A DNA stretch of 64,000 bases from Minisyncoccia bacterium (GTDB lineage: Bacteria; Patescibacteriota; Minisyncoccia; UBA6257; 2-01-FULL-56-20). The notes under the pieces were generated by a model. It was not told the origin of the DNA and made no database searches. It saw only the letters and a program-made list of their open reading frames with translations. Below are positions 10,003 to 20,648 of the stretch, piece after piece. Position 1 is the first letter of the stretch. The number at the start of each line of letters is the position of its first letter. The stretch spans positions 2,246-66,245 of the forward strand of contig JBEKML010000001.1 of assembly GCA_050008535.1 (NCBI GenBank), given 5' to 3'. The translations under genes and the position numbers were made by a program.

Positions 10003-10884
10003 CTATTTATAGTACGCGCGGTTCTCCACGCGGAAATCAACGTACTGGAGTTTCGCGAAATTCGGTTTGGCCATCAAGCTTTGTAACACAGCGAGGTCGT
10101 TGTCTGCGGGAAAACGCAAGCTGAAGTATAGATCGGGGCCATCATAGGTGGTTACGCCGACTTCCTGAAGGCCAATATCTTTGAGCGCTACTTCGCGGAC
10201 GTTCGCACCGCTCGCTGTGAGAACTTTTACGATAGACATGAAATTCGGCACGAACTCGTCCGGCAGTATCTTGTTGCCCAGCCCTCGCCCGGCTTGGGAA
10301 TAATCATGGATGGCGAACAACGAGCTCCCCTGTGTGTCGTATGTTTTTCCAAAGAGGATCCCTTGATCATCAAACCAATAACAGGTCTCGCCGGATTCGA
10401 TAGCGGGCGGAGCGAATGCGGACGATGACGGCGCGGCGGCAGGCGCGGAAGGTGCTGAGAGGGCCTTATCCAAAACGAAACACCAGATGCCGAAGGGCTT
10501 CCGTTCCACAACTGACGCTATGATAGTGTGCGTGAAATAATTTTTTGAGAGCGTTACGGACGCGAGCTGCGGGATGAAGGCAAGCTCCTGATCGTTCAAC
10601 GCCGGCGGCCAAATAAGCATGTTCTTCAGGCCTAGGAGGGACATTAGAAAACCACGGTCGCTCGAGGCGTTTGATTGCAGGAGCGTGACAATGCTGTCGC
10701 TCGCGACGGCGCTGTTCCCTTTTATCACAACATTCTGTACGCGGAAGAACGGTGAATAAAGAATGAGCCATGTCGTTCCCACAAAGAGAATTACTATGAT
10801 CGCGGCAGCAACGACCACAAAGACGTAGCGCTGCCGGCGCTTTTTCTTTTTTTGCTTTTCCGAAAGATAAGAATCAATCTCCAT
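10003..10884 (-). CDS. ftsQ: Cell division protein FtsQ/DivIB-like (POTRA domain).
   Basis: Lys-rich N-terminus, a single TM, then FRVQNVVIKGN..., the POTRA-domain start typical of FtsQ; 293 aa. Confidence 0.6.
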   Translation of the reverse strand: MEIDSYLSEKQKKKKRRQRYVFVVVAAAIIVILFVGTTWLILYSPFFRVQNVVIKGNSAVASDSIVTLLQSNASSDRGFLMSLLGLKNMLIWPPALNDQELAFIPQLASVTLSKNYFTHTIIASVVERKPFGIWCFVLDKALSAPSAPAAAPSSSAFAPPAIESGETCYWFDDQGILFGKTYDTQGSSLFAIHDYSQAGRGLGNKILPDEFVPNFMSIVKVLTASGANVREVALKDIGLQEVGVTTYDGPDLYFSLRFPADNDLAVLQSLMAKPNFAKLQYVDFRVENRAYYK

Positions 10885-10899
10885 AAGCAGGGCGGGGCA

Positions 10900-12066
10900 T
10901 CATACAAGAACGCGTTCCATGAGCGGATTGAGGCGCGTCAAAAATTCGTAATGGATGGTGCCCGTTTTCTGCGCCGGCTCCCACGCGAAAATTTCTTCGC
11001 CGGCATCGCGGCCGATGATCGTTGCGACGTCGCCCGGCCGCACGCGGCCCGCGGTCACAATCGCCGTCACGTCCATAGAAACCTTCCCAAGTACACGCGC
11101 CCGCCTGCCGTTCACGAGCGCCTCTCCCACACTCGAGAGCGCGCGGGGAAAACCATGCCAATATCCCAAGGGGAGGATCGCCATTTTGGCATCTTTCGGC
11201 ACGCGTTCGGACATATCGTAGCCAACGTAATCCCCCGCTTTGAGCGGTTTTACCTCGGAGACGACCGCCCGCCAGGCCAAAACCGGATGCAGTTTTATTT
11301 TGTGCCCAAGCTGCACCTCAAGTTCCTTGGAGGGCCAAAGGCCGTAAAGGCCGATGCCCACGCGCACCGCATCCAGGTGGTATTTTGGATTGATGAGCGT
11401 CCCGCCCGTTGCCGCAGCGTGCTTGATCAGGTTTTTGAATCCCGCTTTCAGAAAAAGCTTCACGGCTTTCTCAAATTTCGCGAACTGCTGCTCGGTGTAT
11501 GTGGGATAATTGAGGTCTTTCGCCGAAGCGAAATGCGTATAAATGCCGGCCAATTTTGACCTCGCCTCTTTTTTGCCAGTAATAATTTTTATCGTACGCG
11601 GGAGATCTTCAACATAGAATCCCTGTCGATGCATGCCGGTGTCTATTTTTATATGGAATTCCGGCGTTACCTTCGCGTGTATAAGCTCGCGGAGGGCGTC
11701 GTTATTGGAAATGGTGATGGTAATCCTGTTTTTCACCGCTGCCGGATACAGCGACGGCAACGTATATCCCAATACCAAGATCGGCTTTTTGATGCCCGCC
11801 TTCCGCAGTGCGACGCCCTCCACCAGACTGTCCACGCAAAAGCCGTCGATGCCGAAGCCGGCCATCAATTTCGAAAAGGCGAATATCCCGTGCCCGTACG
11901 CATTGGATTTCACAACCGCCCAGAGCTGCACCTTCTTCCGGTGCGGCGCGTTCCTGCCGATCAGCTTCCGGAACGTATCGTAATTCTTCCGGGCGGCGCG
12001 CGCGTCGATCTCAATCCACGTGCGGAGATGATCCGGCCGCTTAGCCGATGATCTCTTTTCCGACAT
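10900..12066 (-). CDS. alr: Alanine racemase.
   Basis: PLP-binding motif AVVKSNAYGHG near the N-terminus; 388 aa. Confidence 0.85.
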   Translation of the reverse strand: MSEKRSSAKRPDHLRTWIEIDARAARKNYDTFRKLIGRNAPHRKKVQLWAVVKSNAYGHGIFAFSKLMAGFGIDGFCVDSLVEGVALRKAGIKKPILVLGYTLPSLYPAAVKNRITITISNNDALRELIHAKVTPEFHIKIDTGMHRQGFYVEDLPRTIKIITGKKEARSKLAGIYTHFASAKDLNYPTYTEQQFAKFEKAVKLFLKAGFKNLIKHAAATGGTLINPKYHLDAVRVGIGLYGLWPSKELEVQLGHKIKLHPVLAWRAVVSEVKPLKAGDYVGYDMSERVPKDAKMAILPLGYWHGFPRALSSVGEALVNGRRARVLGKVSMDVTAIVTAGRVRPGDVATIIGRDAGEEIFAWEPAQKTGTIHYEFLTRLNPLMERVLV

Positions 12067-13318
12067 ATTTTTGGAGCACCTTCGGGATCTCGATCTTGCC
12101 GTCTTTCGTCTGGTAATTCTCTATGATGGCGAGCGGGGTGCGGCTCATCGCGATAGCGGTCGCGTCGTTCATATGGACGAATTCAACTTTGCCGTCCTTG
12201 CGGCGGACGCGCGTACCCAAACGCCGCGCTTGATAGTCGCCCATATAATCCGCAGAGTGCGTCTCGCGATACTTATTTTCTGAAGGAATCCACGCTTCAA
12301 TGTCAATGTGGCGCGCATCCGGATCGCCCTGATCGCCCGTAGAACACATAACCACCTGGTAGGGCAGTTCGAGCGACCACATGATATATTCTTGTATCGC
12401 GACCAGGAATTCCTGTTCGGCAACGCCGTCCTCCGGCACCGTAAAACTTTCCAGTTCCAATTTGTCGAATTGATGCATCCGAAGAATGCCGCGGACGTCT
12501 TTCCCATAGGAACCCGCCTCGCGCCGGAAGCTCGTCGAAAAACCGACGTAGCGGATCGGCAACTTATTTTCCGGGATCGTCTCGTCCATATGAAGCGGTC
12601 CCATTGTATGCTCGGCAGAACCAATGAGATAGAGGTCGTCAGAAGGGATATAATAACGCTCTTCCTTCGGCTCGAGCCGGGCCATTTTTTGAAACACCTC
12701 CGGACGGATCATATCGGGGACCAGGACCGGCACGAATGTGCCCGCGTGATAGCCGGGCTTCACGCCGCTTGCGATGGACTCGATAATCTTCGGATTCGTG
12801 AGTATTTCAAGCCCGTACTGGATGAGAGCAAACTCAAGCAGCACCGCATCGCCTTTCAAATACACGAAACGGCTGCCGGAAATCTTGCCTGCCGATTCAA
12901 TATCAATGATGCCGAGCGCCTCGCCGAGCGCCACATGGTCCTTCGGTTTGAAATCAAATTTCTTGGGCTCGCCGTTCTTACGGAGCACCTTGTTCGCCGA
13001 CTCGTCCTTGCCTACCGGCGTATCCTCCGACGGCAAGTTTGGGATTTTCAACCAAACTTCTTCACGCTTTTTCTCGATCCCCCCAATTTTTTCTTCCAAC
13101 GATTTGATTTCCTCCTTGTTTTTTTTGCCGCCTTCAATATCCCGCTTTTCGCTCAACTTTTTTTGCTCCCCACGCTTTTCGCCGATGTCTTTCGTGAGCT
13201 TCCGCCACTCCTCGTCCAGCTTCAAAAATTCGTCCACCAACTTCGGGTCGGCGCCTTTTGCGGCAATCCCCTGTTTCACCTTTTCCGATTGCCCCCGGAG
13301 AAGTTCAACGTCAAGCAT
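12041..13318 (-). CDS. serS: Seryl-tRNA synthetase. The start is taken at the internal ATG 13318 (MLDVELLRG...).
   Basis: N-terminal coiled-coil arm followed by a class II core with motifs 2 and 3 (FRREAGSYGKDVRGILRMHQFDKLE ... GDQG). Confidence 0.85.
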   Translation of the reverse strand: MLDVELLRGQSEKVKQGIAAKGADPKLVDEFLKLDEEWRKLTKDIGEKRGEQKKLSEKRDIEGGKKNKEEIKSLEEKIGGIEKKREEVWLKIPNLPSEDTPVGKDESANKVLRKNGEPKKFDFKPKDHVALGEALGIIDIESAGKISGSRFVYLKGDAVLLEFALIQYGLEILTNPKIIESIASGVKPGYHAGTFVPVLVPDMIRPEVFQKMARLEPKEERYYIPSDDLYLIGSAEHTMGPLHMDETIPENKLPIRYVGFSTSFRREAGSYGKDVRGILRMHQFDKLELESFTVPEDGVAEQEFLVAIQEYIMWSLELPYQVVMCSTGDQGDPDARHIDIEAWIPSENKYRETHSADYMGDYQARRLGTRVRRKDGKVEFVHMNDATAIAMSRTPLAIIENYQTKDGKIEIPKVLQKYVGKEIIG

Positions 13319-13407
13319 GTTCCCATCATATCCCTTTTTTGAACTTAGGTGAAGCGCCAAAAGCTCCCTTTGAAAATATCTCTTTTTCAGCATAGAATGA
13401 TAATATT

Positions 13408-15162
13408 ATGCCGAAAACAGAATCGAAGGCCTCTTTGGACCCCATCCGCCACTCGCTCGCGCACTTGCTCGCAGCGGCGGTTTTGAAAGAATTTCCGGAC
13501 GCGAAGCTTGCTATCGGCCCCACAATAGAGAACGGCTTTTATTATGATTTCCTGCTTCCCCGTTCGCTTTCGCCGGAAGATTTGAAAACTTTTGAGAAAA
13601 CGATGCGGGATCTCGCAAAGAAGGATCTGCCGTTCGTGGGGAAAGAGGTCTCCGCAACCGAAGCGAAAAAGCTCTTCGCCGACCAGCCATTCAAACTGGA
13701 ACTCATCAAGGAATTTTTGGATGCCGGCGAAAAACTGACGGTCTACCACACGGGCGACATCTTCGTGGACCTCTGCCGCGGCGGGCACGTGACGAACACG
13801 AAAGAGATCCCGCTTGACGGGTTCAAGCTTGATAAAATCGCCGGTGCCTACTGGCGTGGCAGCGAAAAGAACCCGATGCTCCAGCGTATTTACGGGCTTG
13901 CGTTCGGAAGCAAAAAAGAGCTTGAAGAATATTTGAAGCTTATCGAGGAGGCGAAGAGACGCGATCACAAAGTGCTCGGCCCGGCGCTTGATCTTTTTAC
14001 CTTCTCGGACCTTGTAGGGCCGGGGCTCCCCCTCTGGACACCGAAGGGGACGCTCATCCGGAATCTGCTTGATGATTTTGTCTGGGAGCTTCGGAAAAAG
14101 CGCGGCTACGTGAAAGTGGAGATCCCCCACATCACCAAAAAAGAACTTTACGAGACGAGCGGCCACTGGGAAAAATTCAAAGATGAGCTCCTGAAGATCG
14201 AAACGCGTGAAGGGCACGTTTTCGCAATGAAGCCGATGAACTGCCCGCATCACACGCAGATCTACGCCCGCAAGCCGTGGAGCTACCGCGAACTTCCGCA
14301 GCGCTACGCAAACACCACCACGTGCTATCGCGACGAACAGACGGGCGAACTCTCCGGCCTCTCGCGCGTACGCGCGTTTGCGCAGGACGACGCCCACGTA
14401 TTCTGCCGCATGATACAGGCAAAAGAAGAATTTCTAAAGATATGGGATATTGTTAACGAATTTTATCCAGTGTTTGGATTCAAACTTCGTGTGCGCCTTT
14501 CCCTGCACGATCCGGCCTACCCTGAAAAATATCTCGGCGATAAAAAAAGTTGGGCGACCGCCGAAAACATTTTGCGCGAGATCGTCACCGAGAAAAAGGT
14601 GGATTGGTTTGAAGGTGTTGGTGAAGCCGCGTTCTACGGCCCGAAACTGGACTTTATGGCGAAGGATGCCCTGGGCCGCGAATGGCAGGTTGCCACCATC
14701 CAGCTTGATATGAACATGCCAGACCGCTTTGACCTTGTCTGCACAAATGAAAACGGAGAAAAAGAGCGTATCGTGATGATCCATGCCGCCATCATGGGTT
14801 CCATTGAGCGGTTTTTATCAATTCTGATAGAACATACGGCCGGTGCCTTCCCCGTCTGGCTTGCGCCCGTGCAGGCGACGGTGCTTCCAGTAAGTGAAAA
14901 ATTCTCGGCATATGGCGAAAAAATCTATAAAGCGCTTCTTGCAGCCGGCATCCGCGCGGAACTTTCTGAGGCGAACGAATCGCTCGGCAAGCGCATCCGT
15001 GCGGCAGAATTGATGAAGGTCCCCTATGTGCTCGTGGTCGGCGAGAAAGAAGAGAAGGACGGTATGGTCGCCGTGCGGAGCCGGAAAGGAGATGAAGGCC
15101 CAGTGGAACTCGCAGAATGGTTGGGAAAGATCCAAAAGGAGATCGCGGCGCGGTCGCTCTAA
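13408..15162 (+). CDS. thrS: Threonyl-tRNA synthetase lacking the N1 (TGS) domain; it begins in the editing domain.
   Basis: RHSLAHLLAAAV (editing-site His pair), class II catalytic core and a C-terminal anticodon-binding domain; 584 aa. Upstream gcaTAGAATgataatattATG looks like a -10 element with a near-leaderless start. Confidence 0.85.
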   Translation: MPKTESKASLDPIRHSLAHLLAAAVLKEFPDAKLAIGPTIENGFYYDFLLPRSLSPEDLKTFEKTMRDLAKKDLPFVGKEVSATEAKKLFADQPFKLELIKEFLDAGEKLTVYHTGDIFVDLCRGGHVTNTKEIPLDGFKLDKIAGAYWRGSEKNPMLQRIYGLAFGSKKELEEYLKLIEEAKRRDHKVLGPALDLFTFSDLVGPGLPLWTPKGTLIRNLLDDFVWELRKKRGYVKVEIPHITKKELYETSGHWEKFKDELLKIETREGHVFAMKPMNCPHHTQIYARKPWSYRELPQRYANTTTCYRDEQTGELSGLSRVRAFAQDDAHVFCRMIQAKEEFLKIWDIVNEFYPVFGFKLRVRLSLHDPAYPEKYLGDKKSWATAENILREIVTEKKVDWFEGVGEAAFYGPKLDFMAKDALGREWQVATIQLDMNMPDRFDLVCTNENGEKERIVMIHAAIMGSIERFLSILIEHTAGAFPVWLAPVQATVLPVSEKFSAYGEKIYKALLAAGIRAELSEANESLGKRIRAAELMKVPYVLVVGEKEEKDGMVAVRSRKGDEGPVELAEWLGKIQKEIAARSL

Positions 15163-15164
15163 AA

Positions 15165-16118
15165 ATGCCCAAGATCGTCGCCGTCGTAGGCCCCACGGCG
15201 AGCGGAAAAACGGCGCTCGCCATCGCAATCGCGCGGCGCTTTGACGGCGAGATCGTTTCCGCCGACTCACGGCAGGTCTACCGCGGGATGGATATAGGCA
15301 CCGCGAAACCGACAAGAACGGAAATGCGGGCGGCGCCTCACCATCTTATTGATATAAAAAACCCGGATGAGGAGTACGCGGTTGCGGAATATAAAGAAGA
15401 CGCACTTTTAGCGATACGGGACATTCTTGCAAGGAAAAAATTGCCGATCGTGATCGGCGGTACGGGCCTCTACGTTAAAGCGGTCCTTGAAAATCTTGAT
15501 ATCCCGAAAATAAAAGCAAATCCGGCGTTGCGCGAACGATTAGAGCGGGAAATAAAAGAACGGGGCTTGCCGGCCGTATTCGATAAATTGGTCGCGCTCG
15601 ATCCCGAAGCGGCGTACGTCGTTGACCCAAAAAATCCGCGGCGCATCGTGCGCGCGCTCGAGGTCGCACTCACAACGGGCATACCCTTCACCGCCCAGCG
15701 CAAAAAGAACGAACCGCTGTTTGACGCGCTTGTGATCGGCCTCAACCCCCCGCCGGATATTCTCCGTAAGCGGATCGACGCGCGCGTCGACCGGATGGTC
15801 CGCGATGGGCTTGTAAAAGAAACTGAACAATTGGTAAAGAAATATGGTGCGGATTGCCAGGCACTTGATGCCATCGGCTATCGCGAAATCATTGATTATC
15901 TTCAGAAAAAACACTCTCTTCCCGAAACGGTTGCGCTCATCAAAACGAATACATGGCATTACGCGAAGCGGCAACTGACCTGGTTCAGAAAAGATAAAAC
16001 AGTGCGGTGGATGCGGGGAAAAAGCAAAACATTCGCCGCGATAAAAAAATGGTTGGGCGACCCGCGGGCGCCGCACCGTCCAGGCGCTACTTCAAGTGCC
16101 GCTCGAAAAGTTCCTTAA
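15165..16118 (+). CDS. miaA: tRNA dimethylallyltransferase (MiaA).
   Basis: P-loop VVGPTASGKT and DSRQVYRGMDIGTAKP; the start ATG lies 2 nt after the thrS stop. Confidence 0.85.
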   Translation: MPKIVAVVGPTASGKTALAIAIARRFDGEIVSADSRQVYRGMDIGTAKPTRTEMRAAPHHLIDIKNPDEEYAVAEYKEDALLAIRDILARKKLPIVIGGTGLYVKAVLENLDIPKIKANPALRERLEREIKERGLPAVFDKLVALDPEAAYVVDPKNPRRIVRALEVALTTGIPFTAQRKKNEPLFDALVIGLNPPPDILRKRIDARVDRMVRDGLVKETEQLVKKYGADCQALDAIGYREIIDYLQKKHSLPETVALIKTNTWHYAKRQLTWFRKDKTVRWMRGKSKTFAAIKKWLGDPRAPHRPGATSSAARKVP

Positions 16119-17499
16119 GCGTCGCAGGTTGCGCGCGACCCTTCAATATGCCCATCGCCTTGCCGATCAAGAATTGCAAGCTCGCCGTCTTTCCCTTCCT
16201 GTAGTCCGCTACGGCGGCGTGGTTCTCCGCAATAACTGCCAAGACCACCGCTTCAATCTCCCCCGCGTCGGAGGCAACACCGATGTTCTCGTTCCCCGCG
16301 ATATCTTCGGGATCGTCGCCCGTTGCGAACATCTTGGTGAGCATGTCCTTCGCCTGGCGCGTCGTTATTTTTTTCTCTTCGATGAGCCCCGCAAGATGCG
16401 CCAGATGTTCGGGATTCACTTTCAGGTCCGCGAACGATACGCCCTCCTGATTCATAAGTCCGCGAAGGTCGCTCGTTAAATAATGATAGAGCGTCGTAAC
16501 ACCCGCATTAGGAAGGCGCTCCTTTAATTCGGACGTTGCCGCCTCAAAATAGTTCGCCATTTCCGGCTCAGCTATCAACATTTCCACCTGCTTTGCGTCC
16601 AAGCCATACTCTTTCGCGAAGCGCGTGCGCTTTCCTGCCGGAAGCTCCGGAAGCGTCGCGCGCAACCGCTCCGGATCAAAGATTTTCGTCTCAAAAGGCG
16701 GGATGTCCGGTTCGGGGAAATAACGGTAGTCGTGCGCTTCTTCTTTTGAGCGCTGTAGAACGGTCTTCTGCTTCGCCTCGTCCCATCCGCGCGTCTCTTG
16801 CGTTATTTTCTCGCCGCGCGTGAGCGCTTCCTCCTGCCGCTTCAATTCGTACTGCACCGCATCGTGCACCGCTCTGAACGAATTGATGTTTTTGAGCTCT
16901 ATCTTCGTGCCCATATCCAAACTCACGTTCGCTTCAATGCGCATCTCTCCTTTTTCCATGTCGGCGTCCGAAACGCCCAAAAAACGCAGGATGAGCTGGA
17001 ACTCCCGCGCAAACGCCGTCGTATCGTCCGCGCTCCTCAAGTCCGGCTCCGTCACCAGCTCCATGAGCGGCACGCCTGAACGGTTATAGTCCACGAGCGA
17101 TGCTCCGCCCGCGTGCACAAGTGTCCCCGTATCTTCTTCAAGGTGCACGCGCCGGATGCGTACGCCGTTCAAGGCACCGCCCGTAACGAGCGGCTGGTCA
17201 TACTGCGAAATTTGATAGCCCTTTGGAAGGTCGGGGTAAAAATAATTCTTGCGGTCAAATTTCGTGATCTCGTTCACGCGACCGCCGAGCGCGAGCCCAA
17301 CCTTGATCACGTCTTCAATCGCCTGTTTATTGGGGACGGGCAGCGTCCCCGGATGGCCAAGGCACACCGGGCAGACATTTACGTTTGGATGCTTTTCCTC
17401 CGGATCGTTCAACGAATCACAAAACATCTTCGTCCGCGTTTTGAGCTCTGCGTGAATTTCCAGGCCGATCGTAGGGCTATATTCTTTCGCCGCTGCCAT
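16087..17499 (-). CDS. gatB: Asp/Glu-tRNA(Asn/Gln) amidotransferase subunit B.
   Basis: TIGLEIHAEL ... CPVCLGHPGTLP motifs; 470 aa. gatC and gatA are encoded separately at 46.9-48.7 kb. Confidence 0.9.
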   Translation of the reverse strand: MAAAKEYSPTIGLEIHAELKTRTKMFCDSLNDPEEKHPNVNVCPVCLGHPGTLPVPNKQAIEDVIKVGLALGGRVNEITKFDRKNYFYPDLPKGYQISQYDQPLVTGGALNGVRIRRVHLEEDTGTLVHAGGASLVDYNRSGVPLMELVTEPDLRSADDTTAFAREFQLILRFLGVSDADMEKGEMRIEANVSLDMGTKIELKNINSFRAVHDAVQYELKRQEEALTRGEKITQETRGWDEAKQKTVLQRSKEEAHDYRYFPEPDIPPFETKIFDPERLRATLPELPAGKRTRFAKEYGLDAKQVEMLIAEPEMANYFEAATSELKERLPNAGVTTLYHYLTSDLRGLMNQEGVSFADLKVNPEHLAHLAGLIEEKKITTRQAKDMLTKMFATGDDPEDIAGNENIGVASDAGEIEAVVLAVIAENHAAVADYRKGKTASLQFLIGKAMGILKGRAQPATLKELFERHLK

Positions 17500-17540
17500 A
17501 GGTTTGATTATTTGCGATTTGGGACATAAAGTAAAGGCAA

Positions 17541-18866
17541 ATGCCCAAGAACATTCGCACGCCGAAGGTGGTCGCAGATCCTATTTACGGCATCGTGGAT
17601 ATCCGGCCGGTGCTTCCGATGGTGGAAACCCCGGCGTTCCAGGCGCTCGGCGACAAGCGGCAGCTCGGTATGGCGTATCTTACCTTCCCGTCGGCCACGC
17701 ACACGCGGAAGGCGCATTCCTTGGGCGCCTATCATGCGACGCGCGAACTTGCCGACCGGTGGATCAAATTAGGATTCATCAAAAAGCGCGAGGGCGATGC
17801 GCTTGCGGGCTACGCGCTCTACCACGACATCGGCCATCCGGCGTTTTCCCACGTGACGGAACCCTTTTGCGCGATGCCTGCGGGGATCCGCGGCATGAGC
17901 GCAAATAGCGCCTTGAGTTTGGCCGTTATTCGGGAGCACAAAAAAGAGATCAAGGCCTGTGGTATTGATTTTGCGCTGCTTTGCGCGCTCGCGAGCCACG
18001 AACATCCGCTCCATGTGGCCGTAAGCGACAAAAATCTCGGCACGGAAAAATTGGATTATTTGGAGCGCGACGGAGCGGTCACCATTTTGAGCCGTCCGCC
18101 CGGCCTCTCCTATCTCCGCGAACACATCTATTTCATAAACGGCAAACTGGCCGCGGACGAAAAAGTGGTTGACAACGCCATTGAGGCGCAGAATTTCTAC
18201 CTCAAAATGTACAAAAACGTATATCTGCGGAAGGCGTCGGTCATCGCCCAGCGCATGCTCCAGAAAATGGTCCATCACCTTATCCTCGCGGGAGAGATCG
18301 CGCCGGACGATCTCTTACAACTCACCGATTCGGAGCTCTTGGGCGTCATACGCCTTTCAAAAGATCATCTTGTGAACACGCTGTATGATCTTTTAAAACG
18401 CCGCAATCTTTTCCGCGAGGCGATCGTTGTAAGGCCGGAGCGATTCATGGATATTGAGACGAAAACGGAAAAAGGGGTGGCTATCTTCGGCGCCGCAGAA
18501 CGCACGATGGCACGGCTTATAAACTCCCCGACATTCCGGGTTAAAAACCAAAGCGGTCTTGAAGCGGCGGAGGCGGAAATCGCAAAGATCGCCGGAATTC
18601 CGCCCAAATTCGTCCTCATCGCCCCCATAGCGACGCCGGAACGCTTTGATGCCCGTGATATCATGATCTATCAAGACAACGCAAAAAAATTGGTGTCCCT
18701 GCGGAAGCAATATCCGGCGCATTTCAAGAATCTCGAAGAGATCGCGCAAAGCTATCTCGCTTTCCGCGTCTGCACCACGGAAAAATATCGAAAAGCGCTT
18801 TCCGCCCCGCGCACCGCGCGGAAAATATTCAAATTTTTGACGGCTCACGCCACTTCCGCCTGGTAG
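17541..18866 (+). CDS. HD-domain phosphohydrolase, dGTPase/dNTP triphosphohydrolase-like.
   Basis: HTRKAHSLGAYH ... YHDIGHPAFSH ... DKLDYLERD (HD motif plus downstream Asp); 441 aa. Confidence 0.65.
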   Translation: MPKNIRTPKVVADPIYGIVDIRPVLPMVETPAFQALGDKRQLGMAYLTFPSATHTRKAHSLGAYHATRELADRWIKLGFIKKREGDALAGYALYHDIGHPAFSHVTEPFCAMPAGIRGMSANSALSLAVIREHKKEIKACGIDFALLCALASHEHPLHVAVSDKNLGTEKLDYLERDGAVTILSRPPGLSYLREHIYFINGKLAADEKVVDNAIEAQNFYLKMYKNVYLRKASVIAQRMLQKMVHHLILAGEIAPDDLLQLTDSELLGVIRLSKDHLVNTLYDLLKRRNLFREAIVVRPERFMDIETKTEKGVAIFGAAERTMARLINSPTFRVKNQSGLEAAEAEIAKIAGIPPKFVLIAPIATPERFDARDIMIYQDNAKKLVSLRKQYPAHFKNLEEIAQSYLAFRVCTTEKYRKALSAPRTARKIFKFLTAHATSAW

Positions 18867-20635
18867 CACTGTTCGCAGTAGACGATTTCCGATTGATCCG
18901 GCGAATAGGTCGTTCGAAACGCGTGTGGGCACCGCACCGACTCATGAAAATGTGAAGTCGTATTGACATAGGCTCCGTTTGCTGATTTTGCTCCCTCGCA
19001 TTGGCACGCTCGATCATAAAACTTAATAGGATTCCTTTGGCGTAAGAGATAATAGTGGCGGCAATTATAGCACGACCGAGGAAGAGGCAGTTTCAGTTTC
19101 CGATAAAACGCCAATTCTTCTTTGGTGAACTTGAACGCGGTCGTGCACTGCTCATTGCAACTACCTCCATGTTCGCAGCCGATAGTTTCTTCCAGTGCAG
19201 AGTCCGAAACATCTTTTATGTCGTCCGGCAGATCCGCCGCGTTGTGTTGAATGTTGTAATCCTTTTTCTCGGAATCCCGCCATTTATATCCTCTTGCAAC
19301 TGCCTCCTTTTTAGTGAGCGGAAAATACTTTTGTGCGATAGTTTCATTGTAGGTGTAGGCGGACATCTCCGGAGGGAAAAACTCGCCATATTTATAGGTT
19401 TTTCCTTGTCTGTCGATATAGGGCATCGCGTTCATATGTGCCACGATTTTCGGCACGAGCCCTTCGTATTCCTCTTTCGTATATTGCTTGTTTAAAATAC
19501 AGTACTGTTTATTCCGAAGCGCCATGCAGCCGAAAAGGTCAGAGTTGCGTGCGAGAATGTGCCAGCAGTATTGGAGGTTAAATGCGTCGCTCCAGGTGTC
19601 GTAGCAAAATTTAACATCGTTCTGATTATTGCCCGACCCCATACACTCGTAAATTCTTAGGGCCTTCGCTCCCCACATGGTGAAGTCATAAGAATCCTTT
19701 GTTCCATTAATGAAAAGAAAATGGCAATATTTCGAATCTTCCGCACCGCCGACTTCATAGCTTGAAAACACATTCTTGGAATTGAATATATAGTCGCCGG
19801 ACACATCCGCGTTTTGTAATCCCTCCATAAACTTGCGGGGATAACCGATATGAACCTCCCTTGCCCGACGAGCGAGCTGCTGGATCGTTTTGTACGAACC
19901 CGTATTCCATTCGGCAATTTTATTGGAATATTCTTCTTTGGTGTACGGCTGATTGAAGATATAGTACTGCTTGTTGCGCAGATTGATGCACCCCAAACAA
20001 TTGGAACAGCCTCTGAGATTCTTGGAAAACCACACATCCACGCACTCATTACAGTTATTGGAAAAGAATGTCCGGAAACACTTGAATAAATTTGTGCTCA
20101 TGTAGCAAAACTCGCACAGATCCGAGATGTAGAGATCCAGGCAGTTCTTGCTCCTTTCCAAGACAGTAGAATAGGCGCAATCCTCGTCGTAGTCGGAGTT
20201 GAAAAGGAGGTAGCAATTTTTAAGATAGGAGCCGATGTTGCAATAATCACTGTTTACTAAAGTTGAATGCATCGTCTGCGGCCCAAAATCCGGCACGGAA
20301 CGAAAAAGTTCGTTGAGTTGTTCAAAGAAAGGACGGGAGAAATCTATTTCTTTGCCATACATCAGGGGATCCCACTTGTCAGACCACCAGCAGGGCTGAC
20401 AGTATACCGGCCTCCCTGCATTCTCTGGAAATATCGAGATAACCTGTTTATTGCACAAGTCACAACCACGCCGATGGAGGGAACGCTCATTAAGAAAAAC
20501 CATCCTCCTTTTAAGGCGGCAGTCCGGACACCAGGTCGGTGGCGGAACCTTGATATTTCCGTAGAACGCAAAATCTTCCTGTTCGATGACAAAAGACGAT
20601 TTGCAGTTCTGGCATGTTTTCGTCTGGGAATCCAT
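18845..20635 (-). CDS. Cysteine-rich repeat protein, paralog B (unknown function; putative metal or disulfide-rich). The start is taken at ATG 20635 (MDSQTKTCQNCKSSF...).
   Basis: 596 aa with >40 Cys. N-terminal zinc-ribbon-like CxNC...FxIExEDFxFYxxIKVPPPTxCPxCR repeats in mirrored form at the C-terminus (LPLPRSCYNCRHY). A central ~15-aa CxNCxxC repeat ladder is present. The last 12 residues are identical to paralog A. Confidence 0.6.
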   Translation of the reverse strand: MDSQTKTCQNCKSSFVIEQEDFAFYGNIKVPPPTWCPDCRLKRRMVFLNERSLHRRGCDLCNKQVISIFPENAGRPVYCQPCWWSDKWDPLMYGKEIDFSRPFFEQLNELFRSVPDFGPQTMHSTLVNSDYCNIGSYLKNCYLLFNSDYDEDCAYSTVLERSKNCLDLYISDLCEFCYMSTNLFKCFRTFFSNNCNECVDVWFSKNLRGCSNCLGCINLRNKQYYIFNQPYTKEEYSNKIAEWNTGSYKTIQQLARRAREVHIGYPRKFMEGLQNADVSGDYIFNSKNVFSSYEVGGAEDSKYCHFLFINGTKDSYDFTMWGAKALRIYECMGSGNNQNDVKFCYDTWSDAFNLQYCWHILARNSDLFGCMALRNKQYCILNKQYTKEEYEGLVPKIVAHMNAMPYIDRQGKTYKYGEFFPPEMSAYTYNETIAQKYFPLTKKEAVARGYKWRDSEKKDYNIQHNAADLPDDIKDVSDSALEETIGCEHGGSCNEQCTTAFKFTKEELAFYRKLKLPLPRSCYNCRHYYLLRQRNPIKFYDRACQCEGAKSANGAYVNTTSHFHESVRCPHAFRTTYSPDQSEIVYCEQCYQAEVA

Positions 20636-20648
20636 ATGCCTCTTTTTA

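Noticed and set aside
13408-15162. A possible 1-nt offset in the thrS start. ATG read by eye at 13407-13409 versus 13408 in the ORF track.
   Set aside because: This is most likely my own counting slip within the line. Track coordinates are used.
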